64,000 nucleotides of DNA. It comes from Fistulifera solaris. Lineage: Eukaryota. The notes under the pieces are model-generated. The model saw only the letters and a list, made by a program, of their open reading frames with translations. It made no database searches and was not told where the DNA came from. Positions 13,165 to 24,198 of this stretch are shown piece after piece. Each line of letters starts with the position of its first letter. Position 1 is the first letter of the stretch. The stretch spans positions 1,240,001 through 1,304,000 of the forward strand of contig AP026129.1 of assembly GCA_030295235.1 (NCBI GenBank), read 5' to 3'. Position numbers and translations under genes: made by a program.

Positions 13165-14418
13165 ATGAGACTTTCGGTGAGCCGTTGGATTCTTTGCTGG
13201 GCCACCGCCGCCATCACCACCACACACGCATGGATTTCGTCGTCGTCGTCGTCGTCGTCGTCGTCCGTAACATCGACCTCTCCTTTGTTCAGCAGTGCGG
13301 TGACAGAAGAACCGGCCACCGTCCGCGGTAAAGTAGTGGAACACTTGCACTGCCGTCACCCTGGCGATCGGGATATTTTGGTACGGGCAGCGCGGGGAGA
13401 ACTTGTCGAACGGACTCCCATTTGGATGATGCGACAAGCCGGTCGTTACATGGCGGCTTTTCGGGAATATTCCGACCGCATTCCGTTTCGAGAACGCAGT
13501 GAAACACCCGATTATGCCGTTGAACTGTCCTTACAGTGTCATCGTGCGTACGGGATGGATGGTATTATCATGTTTAGTGATATTTTGACCCCATTGCCGA
13601 CTATGGGGATTTCGTTTGATGTCGTCAAAGGCACCGGCCCCGTCATTACTACCAAAATTCGGACCGAAGACGATGTTCGTCAACTTCCTTCGTACACGTT
13701 TGACGAAAAACTTCCCTTCATTCGAGAAATTCTCCAGCGTTTGTCGGTCGAAGCCGAACAAGCCAATACGTCACTCATTGGCTTTGTTGGGGCACCCTTT
13801 ACGTTAGCGGCGTATACGGTGGAAGGAAAATCGTCCAAGGACTGTTTGACCACTAAAAAGTTACTCATGGCCGATGCGGCCGACGAAAACAAATGTATGA
13901 GTCTGTTTTTGGACAAATTGACCAATCAGATTGGTGACTACGCGTGTCACCAAATTGAGTGCGGTGCCCAAGTCATTCAAGTCTTTGAATCGTGGGCTCA
14001 TCAATTGTCGCCCCAACTCTTTAAGGAGTACGCCAAACCGGCGGCCCAAAAAGCCATTCGCATTATTAAAGAACGTCATCCGGACGTTCCTGTCATTTAT
14101 TTTGCCAACGGTGGTTCGTCGTATTTGGAATTGCAGAAAGACATGGGGGCCGATATGATTGCGGTCGATTGGGCCGTGGATATGGCAACGGCGCGACAGA
14201 TTTTGGGTCCGGATGTCCCAATTTCGGGCAATTTGGATCCTTCCATCCTCTTTGGGACCAAAGAACAGATTGAACAAGCGGCCCGCGATTGTATTGACAA
14301 AGCGGGAGGTCCGGGGAAGCATTTGTTGAATTTGGGTCATGGAGTCATGCAGGGAACTCCCGAAGAAGCGGTGAAATGGCTCGTGGATGAAGTCAAACGA
14401 TACAAGGGTAAACAATAA
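13165..14418 (+). CDS. hemE: Uroporphyrinogen decarboxylase, plastid-targeted
   Basis: PIWMMRQAGRY, FSDIL, IGFVGAPFTLAAY, GNLDP, NLGHG motifs; signal peptide ending THA-W plus poly-Ser transit peptide. Confidence 0.97.
   Translation: MRLSVSRWILCWATAAITTTHAWISSSSSSSSSSVTSTSPLFSSAVTEEPATVRGKVVEHLHCRHPGDRDILVRAARGELVERTPIWMMRQAGRYMAAFREYSDRIPFRERSETPDYAVELSLQCHRAYGMDGIIMFSDILTPLPTMGISFDVVKGTGPVITTKIRTEDDVRQLPSYTFDEKLPFIREILQRLSVEAEQANTSLIGFVGAPFTLAAYTVEGKSSKDCLTTKKLLMADAADENKCMSLFLDKLTNQIGDYACHQIECGAQVIQVFESWAHQLSPQLFKEYAKPAAQKAIRIIKERHPDVPVIYFANGGSSYLELQKDMGADMIAVDWAVDMATARQILGPDVPISGNLDPSILFGTKEQIEQAARDCIDKAGGPGKHLLNLGHGVMQGTPEEAVKWLVDEVKRYKGKQ
13236..13265 (+). repeat. (TCG)n microsatellite encoding poly-Ser in the HemE transit peptide
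   Basis: About nine TCG units directly visible. Confidence 0.9.
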
Positions 14419-14775
14419 TACTTTTTATGGCTTTGTTGTACGTTTGTCTCTCGGTGATGGCATTTGTGTCTTTCTATGCCAATGTCAGAAGTACGGCCTG
14501 GTCTGACAGGCATTCACTGCAAACACCAGTACTTTTTTTCGTTGGATAGTGCTCGAAAATCCTCAGTGCATTAGACGTACAGGACAGTCGTCCCAACTTT
14601 TGAGCACGAGGTGAGAAGATCAAGAATTCTTTTTTTTGCGTTCAACACGCTCGAAATCGAAAATGATGCCACCGTCGCAACACAGGTCAAGACAAAAGTA
14701 ATTCATTATAGTATTTTAAAAACCAAAAAAGGGAACAACGGCGCTTGAGGTGTCGTTTGATATTAATGCATGTAG

Positions 14776-15594
14776 TTATACAAAGGAAGCCGCGTCAGAA
14801 AGAGGTTTGTTCCGCGGCGGGACGAGGTATTGCCCAATCATAGCACTCCCTGTGTTGAGTGTTTTCTCCATATCATATTCTTCGTCTGAAGCTGCTTTTC
14901 GTTTTTGTTGTTTTTGTAGATAATAATTGATCGCATCCTTGTGTTGCTCAAATTTCTTCGCGCCGCCTGTAATTTCCTTTTGTAAAATGCCATTGATATA
15001 GAAGCGGGTGGTCGGCAACTTCTCAATGCCTTGGGCTTGACACAACTCTTCGTTGGCACCCCATTCGACGGACGCGAAACGAATGTCGCCTCGATGTAAA
15101 ATGTCCCCGGTTACGGTGTTGACGACATCACCGTGCTCGGATTTGATCTTGTCGAGCCGGAGATTGAAACGGGCGCACGCCTTGCACCTAGTAAGGAATG
15201 AAAAGTGAGAATCATCGAAAGTGATACACAACTATCATCAAAGGAGGTGCGAGATTGCCACTTACCAGGATGCGTGATACTTGACAATGGTCAATCGATC
15301 ATCTTCGTCTTGAAGGAATTCCTCTAAGTCAATAGCGGACGTTATTACGCTTTCGTGCGGTGCTGTTTTGACGGGGTGATGTATCGTTTTTGTTGTTGTT
15401 GTTGTTGTTGTTGTCGTCGATGGAATAGGTGGTGAATACCATTCATTTGCTTCGTCTTCGGTATCAAATAGAAGTGTATTTGGATGTGTTCGAGTGACAC
15501 CAAATACCGCACGAGGCGCTGTGGCCATAAAGGCCGTCGTGGGTGTCACCCCTATTGACACCAGAAGAAGCAGTGTGGTTCTTGTCAAATGCAT
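14776..15594 (-). CDS. Thioredoxin-like protein, plastid-targeted, two exons
   Basis: Intron ~15265-15188 splits the active site: KYHASW|CKAC gives WCKAC; GIEKLPT cis-Pro loop; presequence MHLTRTTLLLLVSIGVTPTTA-F. Confidence 0.85.
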
Positions 15595-15665
15595 ATTATT
15601 CGGATGTTGTTGTCGTCGTCGTCGTCTAAGAGAGAGCTTCAGTAAAGTTGTGGCGATCAAAATCA

Positions 15666-15707
15666 ATGAAATGAAATGAATTGAATCGAATCGAATCGAA
15701 TCGAATC
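15666..15707. repeat. Pentamer microsatellite (ATGAA)n(TCGAA)n just upstream of the thioredoxin start
   Basis: atgaaatgaaatgaattgaatcgaatcgaatcgaatcgaatc. Confidence 0.8.
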
Positions 15708-16453
15708 AACAAATAATGATGATTAGATGACCTGAAAAAGGTTCTGTTTGTCGTCGAATTCTATCAAAGGAAGGTTTTGTGAGAATTTTTTGGAAATGAC
15801 AAGGGGGAAGAAGAAAAGGACAGAAGAAGATCATCGAACATTTTAGTTTCCGTTGACAATGACTTCAATACTCTTTAATCTATATCTAAATCTGCGGAAA
15901 CATCCCATCTGGTTGCAGTGTCATGTTGAATGTGGAGCGCCACGTGTTGGCTTGATGTCAACTACACCATATGCTACAGTCAGTTCAATATCGTCTTGGA
16001 TGTATTCGCCAGTCGTGTCACACTTACGGAATCTTCGAACTAGGAATTCTTTTTTCCTCTTTTTTGAGGATCAGAATTCCTACGTCAGCGCCATTCCGAT
16101 TCGATCCGACTTCCTGACGTTATAGAGAAACGGACGTGGCATGTCAGGGAGGTACCGTACCTTGACTGACTTTCGTCGTTCGGTTCATTTCGGATTCCAT
16201 TTGTGTCGGAAATATGCATCCCGGTCATGACGTCATTCCTGCAGCGGGTCAGAATAGCCGTTGCGACTAACGGGCTGGGTCGTGTGTACGAACAGAGACC
16301 CGCGAGCGGAGTTTTTTGGCGCTGCAAAGAACACGGACGATGTGAGTTGCCGTGTATCGTGACAATGGTTCGCGACCGTATTTTTTTATTCAATTTGTTG
16401 GCGTAACATACAACAACATATATATCTAATATTATTTTTATTGATTATATAAA

Positions 16454-17820
16454 ATGATGCTCTCTGGATTTTCCGCGGATAAAGAGGAGGTGAAATCGAC
16501 GATGACACCGGGGCCGGGTTTGGATACGGTGGCGGATCTGGAACGGAAACTTGCCCTGTTGCGAGCTGCGGAGACTACGACGAATCAGCCATCTTCGTCG
16601 GCTCCCGCCTTTGCTTTACCAGCAGCTGAAGTGAAAAAAACCTAGTGGGGAAAGTAAGGACGGGAAAAGCGCCTTGTTGGTAAGTTGAAAACGGTGTTTT
16701 TTTTTTGAGTCGGATGCAAGCTGTTACGGTTTATGGACTTGGCGACGACCGGCAAGGCGTATAGGAATGTAGTGTTCGACGTAGTGTTCCTCCGCTCACT
16801 CTTTATTTACAGGCACGAATTATGGCCGCACAAGAGCGTGCCAAGCAGGCTCAACAACCCCCAGCAATGGATTTGCTTTCGGATACTCCTCCGGCCTTTG
16901 ATGCTGCCACCCTTCCTCCTCTAGATCAGCCTCCAGCGTTTGATGATACCTTGTTGCCGGCGCCCGTACAGCAACAGCAGCCAGTATTTTCCTGGGATCC
17001 TCATGCTCCAACGATGACGCCTCCGCCTGCATCAGCTCCGGATCTCAATGACTTACTGGCGTTTGAAGCGCCTCTGCCGAGCAACGAATACCTAAGTAAT
17101 AATAATAGTTCATCGAACACCGAAAGCAACGAAGATGTGATTGCGGCCATCTTGGCGATGGAAGGTATGTCGGAAGCCGATAAACAAGCTCTCATTGATG
17201 AGCAAATCAAAATTATGGCATCCATCGAAAAGTCGCGGACGAACGATCGGGCGTCGGCGGCGCACAGTGCCGCGGATGCGTTCGAAAGTCGTTCGTTTTC
17301 TAACAATGTACAATCGGTCAACAATCCCAGTCGTCGCATGCATACTTCCACTACTTTCCAAAATGCCAGTTCGGCAGAGGAAGCCGCCCAACTCAAGGCG
17401 GATATGGAACTGGCCGAAGCTTTACAAAAGGAAGAATACGAACAGGCGGAACGACAGCAACGTCCCCGCACGCGACCCGCTCCGGCACCCGCGCCTCCAC
17501 AGGAATCCTCACAGTCGTGGCTCGAATGGTTGGGTGTGACCAGTTCCTCCACCGCTCCCACGAATCGGAACGATGCTCCGCCACCGTATTCTGCTCCGGG
17601 TCAAGGTACAGTGAGTCGTGGAAGCTACGATGAGGATGAAGCTTTATTGCGACCACGGGCTCGAGTGGCGCAGTCACAGCCCTTGTTTGCTTGCGTCACA
17701 GACTCGGTGTCGACTGCGTTGACCTATGCGGTGTCGCCGCCGCCAGAGGGTGTGGATTCCACCAGCCTACTGGCCATGCCCCAGGTCGGACGAAACAATG
17801 AATACGAGCGTCAGGAGTAA
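16454..17820 (+). CDS. Pro/Ala-rich, largely disordered protein of unknown function (two exons, frameshift at the A-run ~16634)
   Basis: Exon 1 ...GKSALL|GTAAG intron (16680-16812) TTTACAG|ARIMAAQERAKQ; UIM-like stretch ADMELAEALQKEE. Confidence 0.65.
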
Positions 17821-17899
17821 ATGACATCATTTTTATTACTATAAGATGACAATGTAAAAGAATTAATTTTCATTTATGAACGTGAATCACTGTTCATTG

Positions 17900-19526
17900 T
17901 TATGCTCTTGCAACCTCTGCAATCATTGCATCAATTCGATCAAATTGATCCAAAGGACAATCAATTTGGACGCCTTCTCCTGTCTTGGCATCTTTCACAC
18001 GCAGATCTTTGATTCTTACTTTGTTCTGTTCCATTTCGGAAGGGGCCACAAACACCATCCGCTGGGCACCTTTCTGATCGGCATATTTAAAGCTATTCGC
18101 GACCTTTTTTCTTCGGTGTGGGCATCAGGTCTACCTTTGCTCCTAGTTGCGTTCTCAGTTGAGCGGCAATCTTTGCGGCCGCCCCGTACCATTCATTGTC
18201 CCACGCACAAACGACATAATCCACTTGGTTCTCTTGAAGGAAACTGGGAACTAACTGACATTCTTGCAGCAACTCCATTATGACGCAGTCACCGAATCCA
18301 AAGCCGACACAGGATAGTTGCGAACACGCTGGGCCGCCGTATAGTTCGAGCAAGCGGTCATAGCGACCGCCTCCCATAATGGCACGCAATTCACCCCGAC
18401 GATCAAAGGCTTCCCACACAATGCCCGTATAATAAGCGAGTCCGCGAACAACGCTGGCATCAAACACTAAATAATCGGCAATGCCGTAGTCTTTGGCTAG
18501 TAAAAACAGCCGCTGGATGTCTTGCAGCCCAGGAGTATCGGCCCCGACATATTCTGCCAGAGCAACCAAGGACTCCATTTGCAACGCTTGAAGGATTTCC
18601 CGACATGAAGCTTCGGGAATCCCTTTTTCCACAAGCAATGCCGTGACCGCATCATCACCAATCTTATCCAATTTATCAATAATGACACATGTCACCGCAA
18701 ACAAGTCTTCTTTACTCGAATCCTCCGATTTAGTAATGTCATGTTTTGCCAAAATACTTTCCAAAACAGCCCGACTGTTGATTTTGATACCCACCAGGTC
18801 CGGTCCCACGTGAACACTTTGAAAGAAATGGCACGCCGCAGCCAGTAATTCTAATTCGGCATGCACATGCGAGACGCCGACAATATCCATATTCCACTGA
18901 TAATGCTCTCGTTTTCGTCCGCGTTGCGTCGTTTCGAACCTCCAACACTGCGGAATACTGTACCACTTCAGCGGCAGGGCTTCGCGACACTCGCCAGTAC
19001 TTAAATTGGTGCGTTGCAATACCAAGCGTGCCAACGAAGGCGTCATTTCGGGTCGCAAGGTGACCCGATGCTCTTCCGGATCTTGGAACGCATACATTTG
19101 CGAAACGATTTCTTCACCCGCTTTACGTTCGTACAGTGCCGTTTGTTCCAATACAGGAGCGTCGTATTCGACGAAACCAAACGCAGCGGCCGAATCCCGA
19201 AATTTCTGAAACAACCAAGATCGCAACCGCATTTCCGGAGGGTAAAAGTCACGGGTACCAGAGGGAGGCTCAAAGACAATCCCCGATGACGCGGTCGCTG
19301 TTTCCGGTTCTCCTTCTTCTACCAAGCGATCGAGCTCTTTCTCAATCTTTTTCATCGTCCAAACATCCGGATCGTTGATTTGTGCGTGCCATTCCTGCAG
19401 CAATGCGGTACTCTTCGCCTTGCGGACTTTGGCCGCTTGCAATTCTTCGTCCGTGGTCGGCTTCCCTTTCAATTTCGGACCCAGCGACGCCCATTCTTTG
19501 ACTTGTTCGGGAGTAAATGGACTCAT
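17900..19526 (-). CDS. hisS: Histidyl-tRNA synthetase (bacterial/organellar/trypanosomatid-like type)
   Basis: PSGTRDF, LRPEMTPSLAR, QCWRFETTQRGRKREHYQWNMD, VRGLAYYTG, GGGRYD, VGFGFGD; +1 A at ~18105, after which the frame continues KKVANSFKYAD...VRIKDL to TAA at 17900. Confidence 0.95.
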
Positions 19527-19659
19527 AGAAGAAGAATGTGGTTGAAAAGGAATGGAAGAAGTTAAGTTAATGCTCGAGGTTAACACAGCAAATAATGATG
19601 GATGCAGTTTCTCGCAACGCTCGATGCCGCAGCCACAAAAAATTCACACGCGTCTGTTT

Positions 19660-20000
19660 TGGACCGTTTCGTTTCCGTTGTGGAAACCGGTACGATGAGC
19701 GGTCCAAAGCATGAACGATGCTGTACCTGGTACGGCTACATTCTTATCACGACTTAACTCACGACTTCCTGACTCACGAGTGCGCGGGCGTCTTTCCTTC
19801 TTTATATTTACGGAAACACTCGAAATGTTTCCAGCATGACAATGAATGAATTATTATATGATTTGATCTCCTAATGTGCCATTTTCCTTTAAAGCAGTTT
19901 TGAATGACTCGAAAACCGGCCGAGACGCGGCGAGAACGAAAGGAAACGGAAATGGACCGAGAAAACGGGCCCCCTGGCAACGGGGCCCTGGAAACGGCTC
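19660..20000. promoter_or_regulatory. Cluster of six AACGG/CCGTT motifs in the hisS / ankyrin divergent promoter
   Basis: CCGTT at 19664 and 19675; AACGG at 19945, 19964, 19979, 19993. Confidence 0.4.
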
Positions 20001-20101
20001 CAGGAGCGCGGTTTCCACGAGTTGAATCCAATCACTGGAAGCAATGATGATGAGCTCACAATTTTCATCCGAGCACCAACAAGACTTATTTTTCAACCAC
20101 C

Positions 20102-21111
20102 ATGACACCCAGCAAGGTCTCCTCGACTTCTCCGGTGGTAAGTTTTTTGTCCTCCATGAGAATCTTGCTATTTTTCGACGATCCCAGCTTACGCTGCTAT
20201 TCTTTCCTGTACTTTCAGAAAGTCATCGACTCGGCGACGGCTCTTCTCTTGAAATGCCGCGACAACGACTGGGATGAAGTTCTACGTATCCTCCAAGAGC
20301 GCCCCTCTCTGGCGCTGGTGTCGATTGCCATGGAAAATTCGGTCAAGACGACGGCGCTTCATCAAACCATTGTCAGCAAGGGCGATGTCGAAAAGCGCAC
20401 AACGGTCATAACGACGATTCTGCAACAAACGCCCGCAGCCGCTCGTTTGCGCAACGGTTACGGATCGCTCCCCTTGCACGTGATTGCGCAGCGCAACACG
20501 AAGCTGACTTCGTCGATTAAAGAAGAACTCATGACACTGTTGGTTCACGCGAATCCGGATGCTTTATTGGAAGCCGGTGGACCGGGTGGTCGTACACCTT
20601 TGCACATTTCTTTTACGGATTACTTGTCTCCCGAGTTGACGCAATTAATGGTGGGAAAGGGAAAGGGAGCCTGCTTCATGACGGACAAAAAGGGGTACCT
20701 CCCGGCTCATATTGCGTGCTCGCGACACTGCTCACCGCTCAAGCTACAAATGCTTTTGGATGTGAACCCGGCGGCATTGCAGCAAACGACAAAGGCGGGA
20801 TTCACTCTCCTGTCGCTCGCCACTTCGACCGCCACGGCGACGCATCCCAACTATCGTTTGATCGAATACGTGCAGAGTGTGTTAAAGCAGGCTGGTATTA
20901 TTGAGACACCCGTTGTGGCACCCGTTGTGACGGTGCCAGAAAGTCCCCGGTGTTGTCGCTCGAGTCTCGCAAACGCCGTGCGAAATCATCGAACCCAGCT
21001 CGGAAACGTCAACGCCATTCACCAGAGCACCCGGCGAGTTTGCTGTTGCACTTTTCGCGCACGGCGGTGGACCTTCCGGAACCGGATGTTGTGATTTCGA
21101 TGGCTGTGTAA
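20102..21111 (+). CDS. Ankyrin-like repeat protein with basic (NLS-like) C-terminal tail
   Basis: TALH, GSLPLH, GRTPLH, GYLPAHIAC, GFTLLSLA repeats; 81-nt GT-AG intron 20138-20218; frameshift ~20950 then KRRAK..RKRQR..ASLLLHFS. Confidence 0.8.
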
Positions 21112-21180
21112 AGTGTTGAGTTGATTGATTCTATGTTATATTTAATTCAATCATCTATGTTGAATGTTTAAAATTTTCAT

Positions 21181-22783
21181 TCAGTACGTAGGCGTCGTCC
21201 TGAAGCATTCCCGTTGGCACGTGCGGCTTCGAGAATGGGATCTTTGAACATCTTGGAATGCACAGGTACGCTGTGAGAAATGCATGGAAACGAGTTTCTG
21301 CTTCGGGACGGGGCTTTTCGAGGTTTTATGTTGCTTGAGATACATAGCGATGCCAGAGAAAGGTTTGCTTTTTGGTTGTTGTCTATGATTTAGACCGTCT
21401 TCCAAATCGTGATCATTTCGAAATGAAATCAGTGATAACGAGTCTTGTAACGTTTGGAACGTAGAGCTCTCCAATGAACCAGCTCGCTTCAAAAATGCAT
21501 TGGAAGCTGGAGGACTATCCTCGATCAGACCCTCGGGTGAGCAAAAGAGGTCAGCACCGGTACATGATTTGCTGTGAAGTAGCTTCCTGTCACGATGCAA
21601 GATCCTTGATACAGATTTTGTTGACACCGGACTCGTCTCAATTAGTGACAACGAATCCTGGGCGGTTTGAATAGTTCTCTCCGATGGTGCACTTTTCGTC
21701 GAGGAGATGCTGGTCAGGGAACCTTTGGCGGAAGTTGGTAAAAGGGCGAGGCTGGCTTTCTGCGTGGACAAGCCGAGATTGCACGCGCCAGTTTCCTAGT
21801 TGTTCGTCCGCTAGCAGACTTCGGAGTCCTGACTTCAGGGCGTCGAGGTGATTGGCTCTTTTCGGTGCTTCTTTTTGAAGATCTGATTTCTTTGTCGAGC
21901 GACAGCGATCGTGAGCGGTTTTTTGATGTGATGGAATTATCTGATGTATAATTTCGTGCAGGACTATAAACGTTGGAGTAAGACAATGCTTTCTTTGGTG
22001 ATTTGTCCCGATATGGCCGAGTAAAGGAGGATCCATTCCCCTTGGAATGCTCGAGTTTGATCGTTTCATTTCTTTGCGTAAAACACTCTTTTGTCGTGAG
22101 CACGTTGAGCGCCCGGAACTGTCCAAGCTACCATCTTTTCGTCCGTCGCGGCTTCTATTTCCGTGTTTTTCAGAAGATTCGGAAAGACCACTTTGTCGGC
22201 GTTGTTGCTGAAAAGGACTTGCTTTTCTATTGTCACAGCTCTTCGACCGGACTGTCATCTGTTTCTCTTCCCTCATGGCTTTCGTACCAGTCGACGAAGA
22301 ACTGCCTGCCTTGGTCTCTAAACTTCGTGTACTTTCGCTTCTTTCTCCTCTTAGTTGACTCTGCGTTCTGGCGCAGCGTGCGGATCGCGTTGTCTTTATA
22401 TCGGAACTCTTTCCCGAGTGTGATGGAGGAATTAGCTTTACTCCATCTAACTTCCAAGAGCGTGTGTGCGGACGCTTCGATGACTTACTCAGCGATCTCC
22501 TCGTTGGAGTTTTCGGTAGGCTCGTGTGGTCTGCAGGATCGGCTCGTTGCGCTTTCGTCGGCGTTGGATCTCGGTGTAATTTATGCTTTGATTGAGAAAA
22601 GCGAAAGGAAGATGATCGAGTGTTTTCAGGTCGAATCGATGTTTTACTTTGTCTTGGGGAGCAGCAGGATTTGCTGTCTCGTGTTAGGCGAAATACGGAT
22701 CGCAACGTACGCGGTGTGCGATGCTCCTTGCTTTTCTCCCTTGCCTGATGAGAAGGTGATGATTCATCTTTGCAGTTGGCCAT
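21181..22783 (-). CDS. Ser/Arg/Lys-rich low-complexity protein, broken by frameshifts
   Basis: Three overlapping minus-strand ORFs of similar S/R/K-rich composition; no recognisable domain. Confidence 0.45.
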
Positions 22784-24198
22784 TTCCAAGTGCTTCAGCC
22801 ACGAACAGTCACCTTGGAATTTACCTCAGTTTGAAAATTTTTTATGTTTGCTTGCTCGACCAGGGTGAAAAGCGAAATCAATTCAAAATCAGAAGGAAAA
22901 TCCTTTCATCTTTCATGTTAATCGTCGATCCGAAAGCGGAGAAGTTTTGCTTTCACATTTTTCTGTAAGAATGACCCTTGCATATTGCATTGTGATGTCG
23001 TTATGTCCGATTTTCGCTAATGTTCTTCTTGGCGTATGGCGTAGTCATGATTTGTCAATTTCATTCACAGAAACATGTCGAACAGGTACTCTTTTCGCTA
23101 TCTTTAAGCTATCTTTACGTTTTATGTTCCCTACTTTCATGTCAGGTCCCGTACAGTTTGGAGAAGAGTCTCGACGAAGGTCTCCAACGGTAGAACATTT
23201 ACAACGAGTTCCTTGGTGCCCTTTAAGTTTCCAGTTGTCATTATTCAAAAGTTGGACATAGTGTCGATTGAGGTGGATACGTTCTTTCCTTTTCTACGAC
23301 CAAAATGACTAGTCTGAAGTCTGAATGACTATTCTCTAAAAAGCTACGTTGAACCTTGAACAAGTGTTAGATGGTCAAAGCTAATGTGTTGTAGGTCTGC
23401 ACGTCGTCAATCGTAGATTCAACAAAGTTTAGAAAAAGTGTTTTCTAAAACAAAATGAGACTCACTAGAGCTTAAAAAGAGTGGCTTGATGATTAGGTGG
23501 CCGGTGGCTGGAAAAGTGGCGGCTAATATACTACGGAGTAGTATTCTAAGGAACTCTAGGTCTAATACAAAGTACATGAGTGAGTGAGGAAGAAGATGAG
23601 TTGATCGCGCGGCAAACTAGACTTTGAGTATCTAGGTCTCTTGAGGCATAGTACGTTTCATTCCGTAAAATTTAAGTCGTTGCATTGACTTTGACCAACG
23701 AATTTCTCTGATGTTTCCATGAAACGTCAAAGAGGTGGCACAATAAGCTACAATAGCTATGAAGTTGAACAAAAAAATACTAGACTAGATCTAGAGAGGG
23801 GTCTACCGTAAATAATGTTCGTTTTCACGTTGACACGGCTCCTCGAAGAGTCTGGAAATTGAAATGATATACCCCGGACTCCGGAGTAATACGAAACTCT
23901 GTCTTGACGTGATGCGTAAAAACGTGAAGGAATTATCCTGTATCCTGTATAAGTATACCGTACAGTATACGGAAAGCGGTAGAAGGCATACTGACACCTG
24001 GTACCGGTACTGGTACTCCGTATTTCGCAACCCTCAACGCTCGCGTGTGTCGCGTGCTGTATAATTTTCACCTTTCAACTTCAGCATTGCGGCGCTGACC
24101 ATGACAACTATAACTACGGTACCCCTTTAACGCCTTTGTTCGTCATTATTGATCAAAGTTAGCAAACAGAGTCAATTTAATACTGTGATAAAAGAGAA

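Noticed and set aside
15666..15707. GAA pentamers as a heat-shock element
   Set aside because: Units are direct repeats rather than alternating nGAAn/nTTCn; a simple microsatellite
22003..22968. 321-aa hydrophobic ORF on the + strand
   Set aside because: Antisense shadow of the K/R/S-rich minus-strand gene; no motifs
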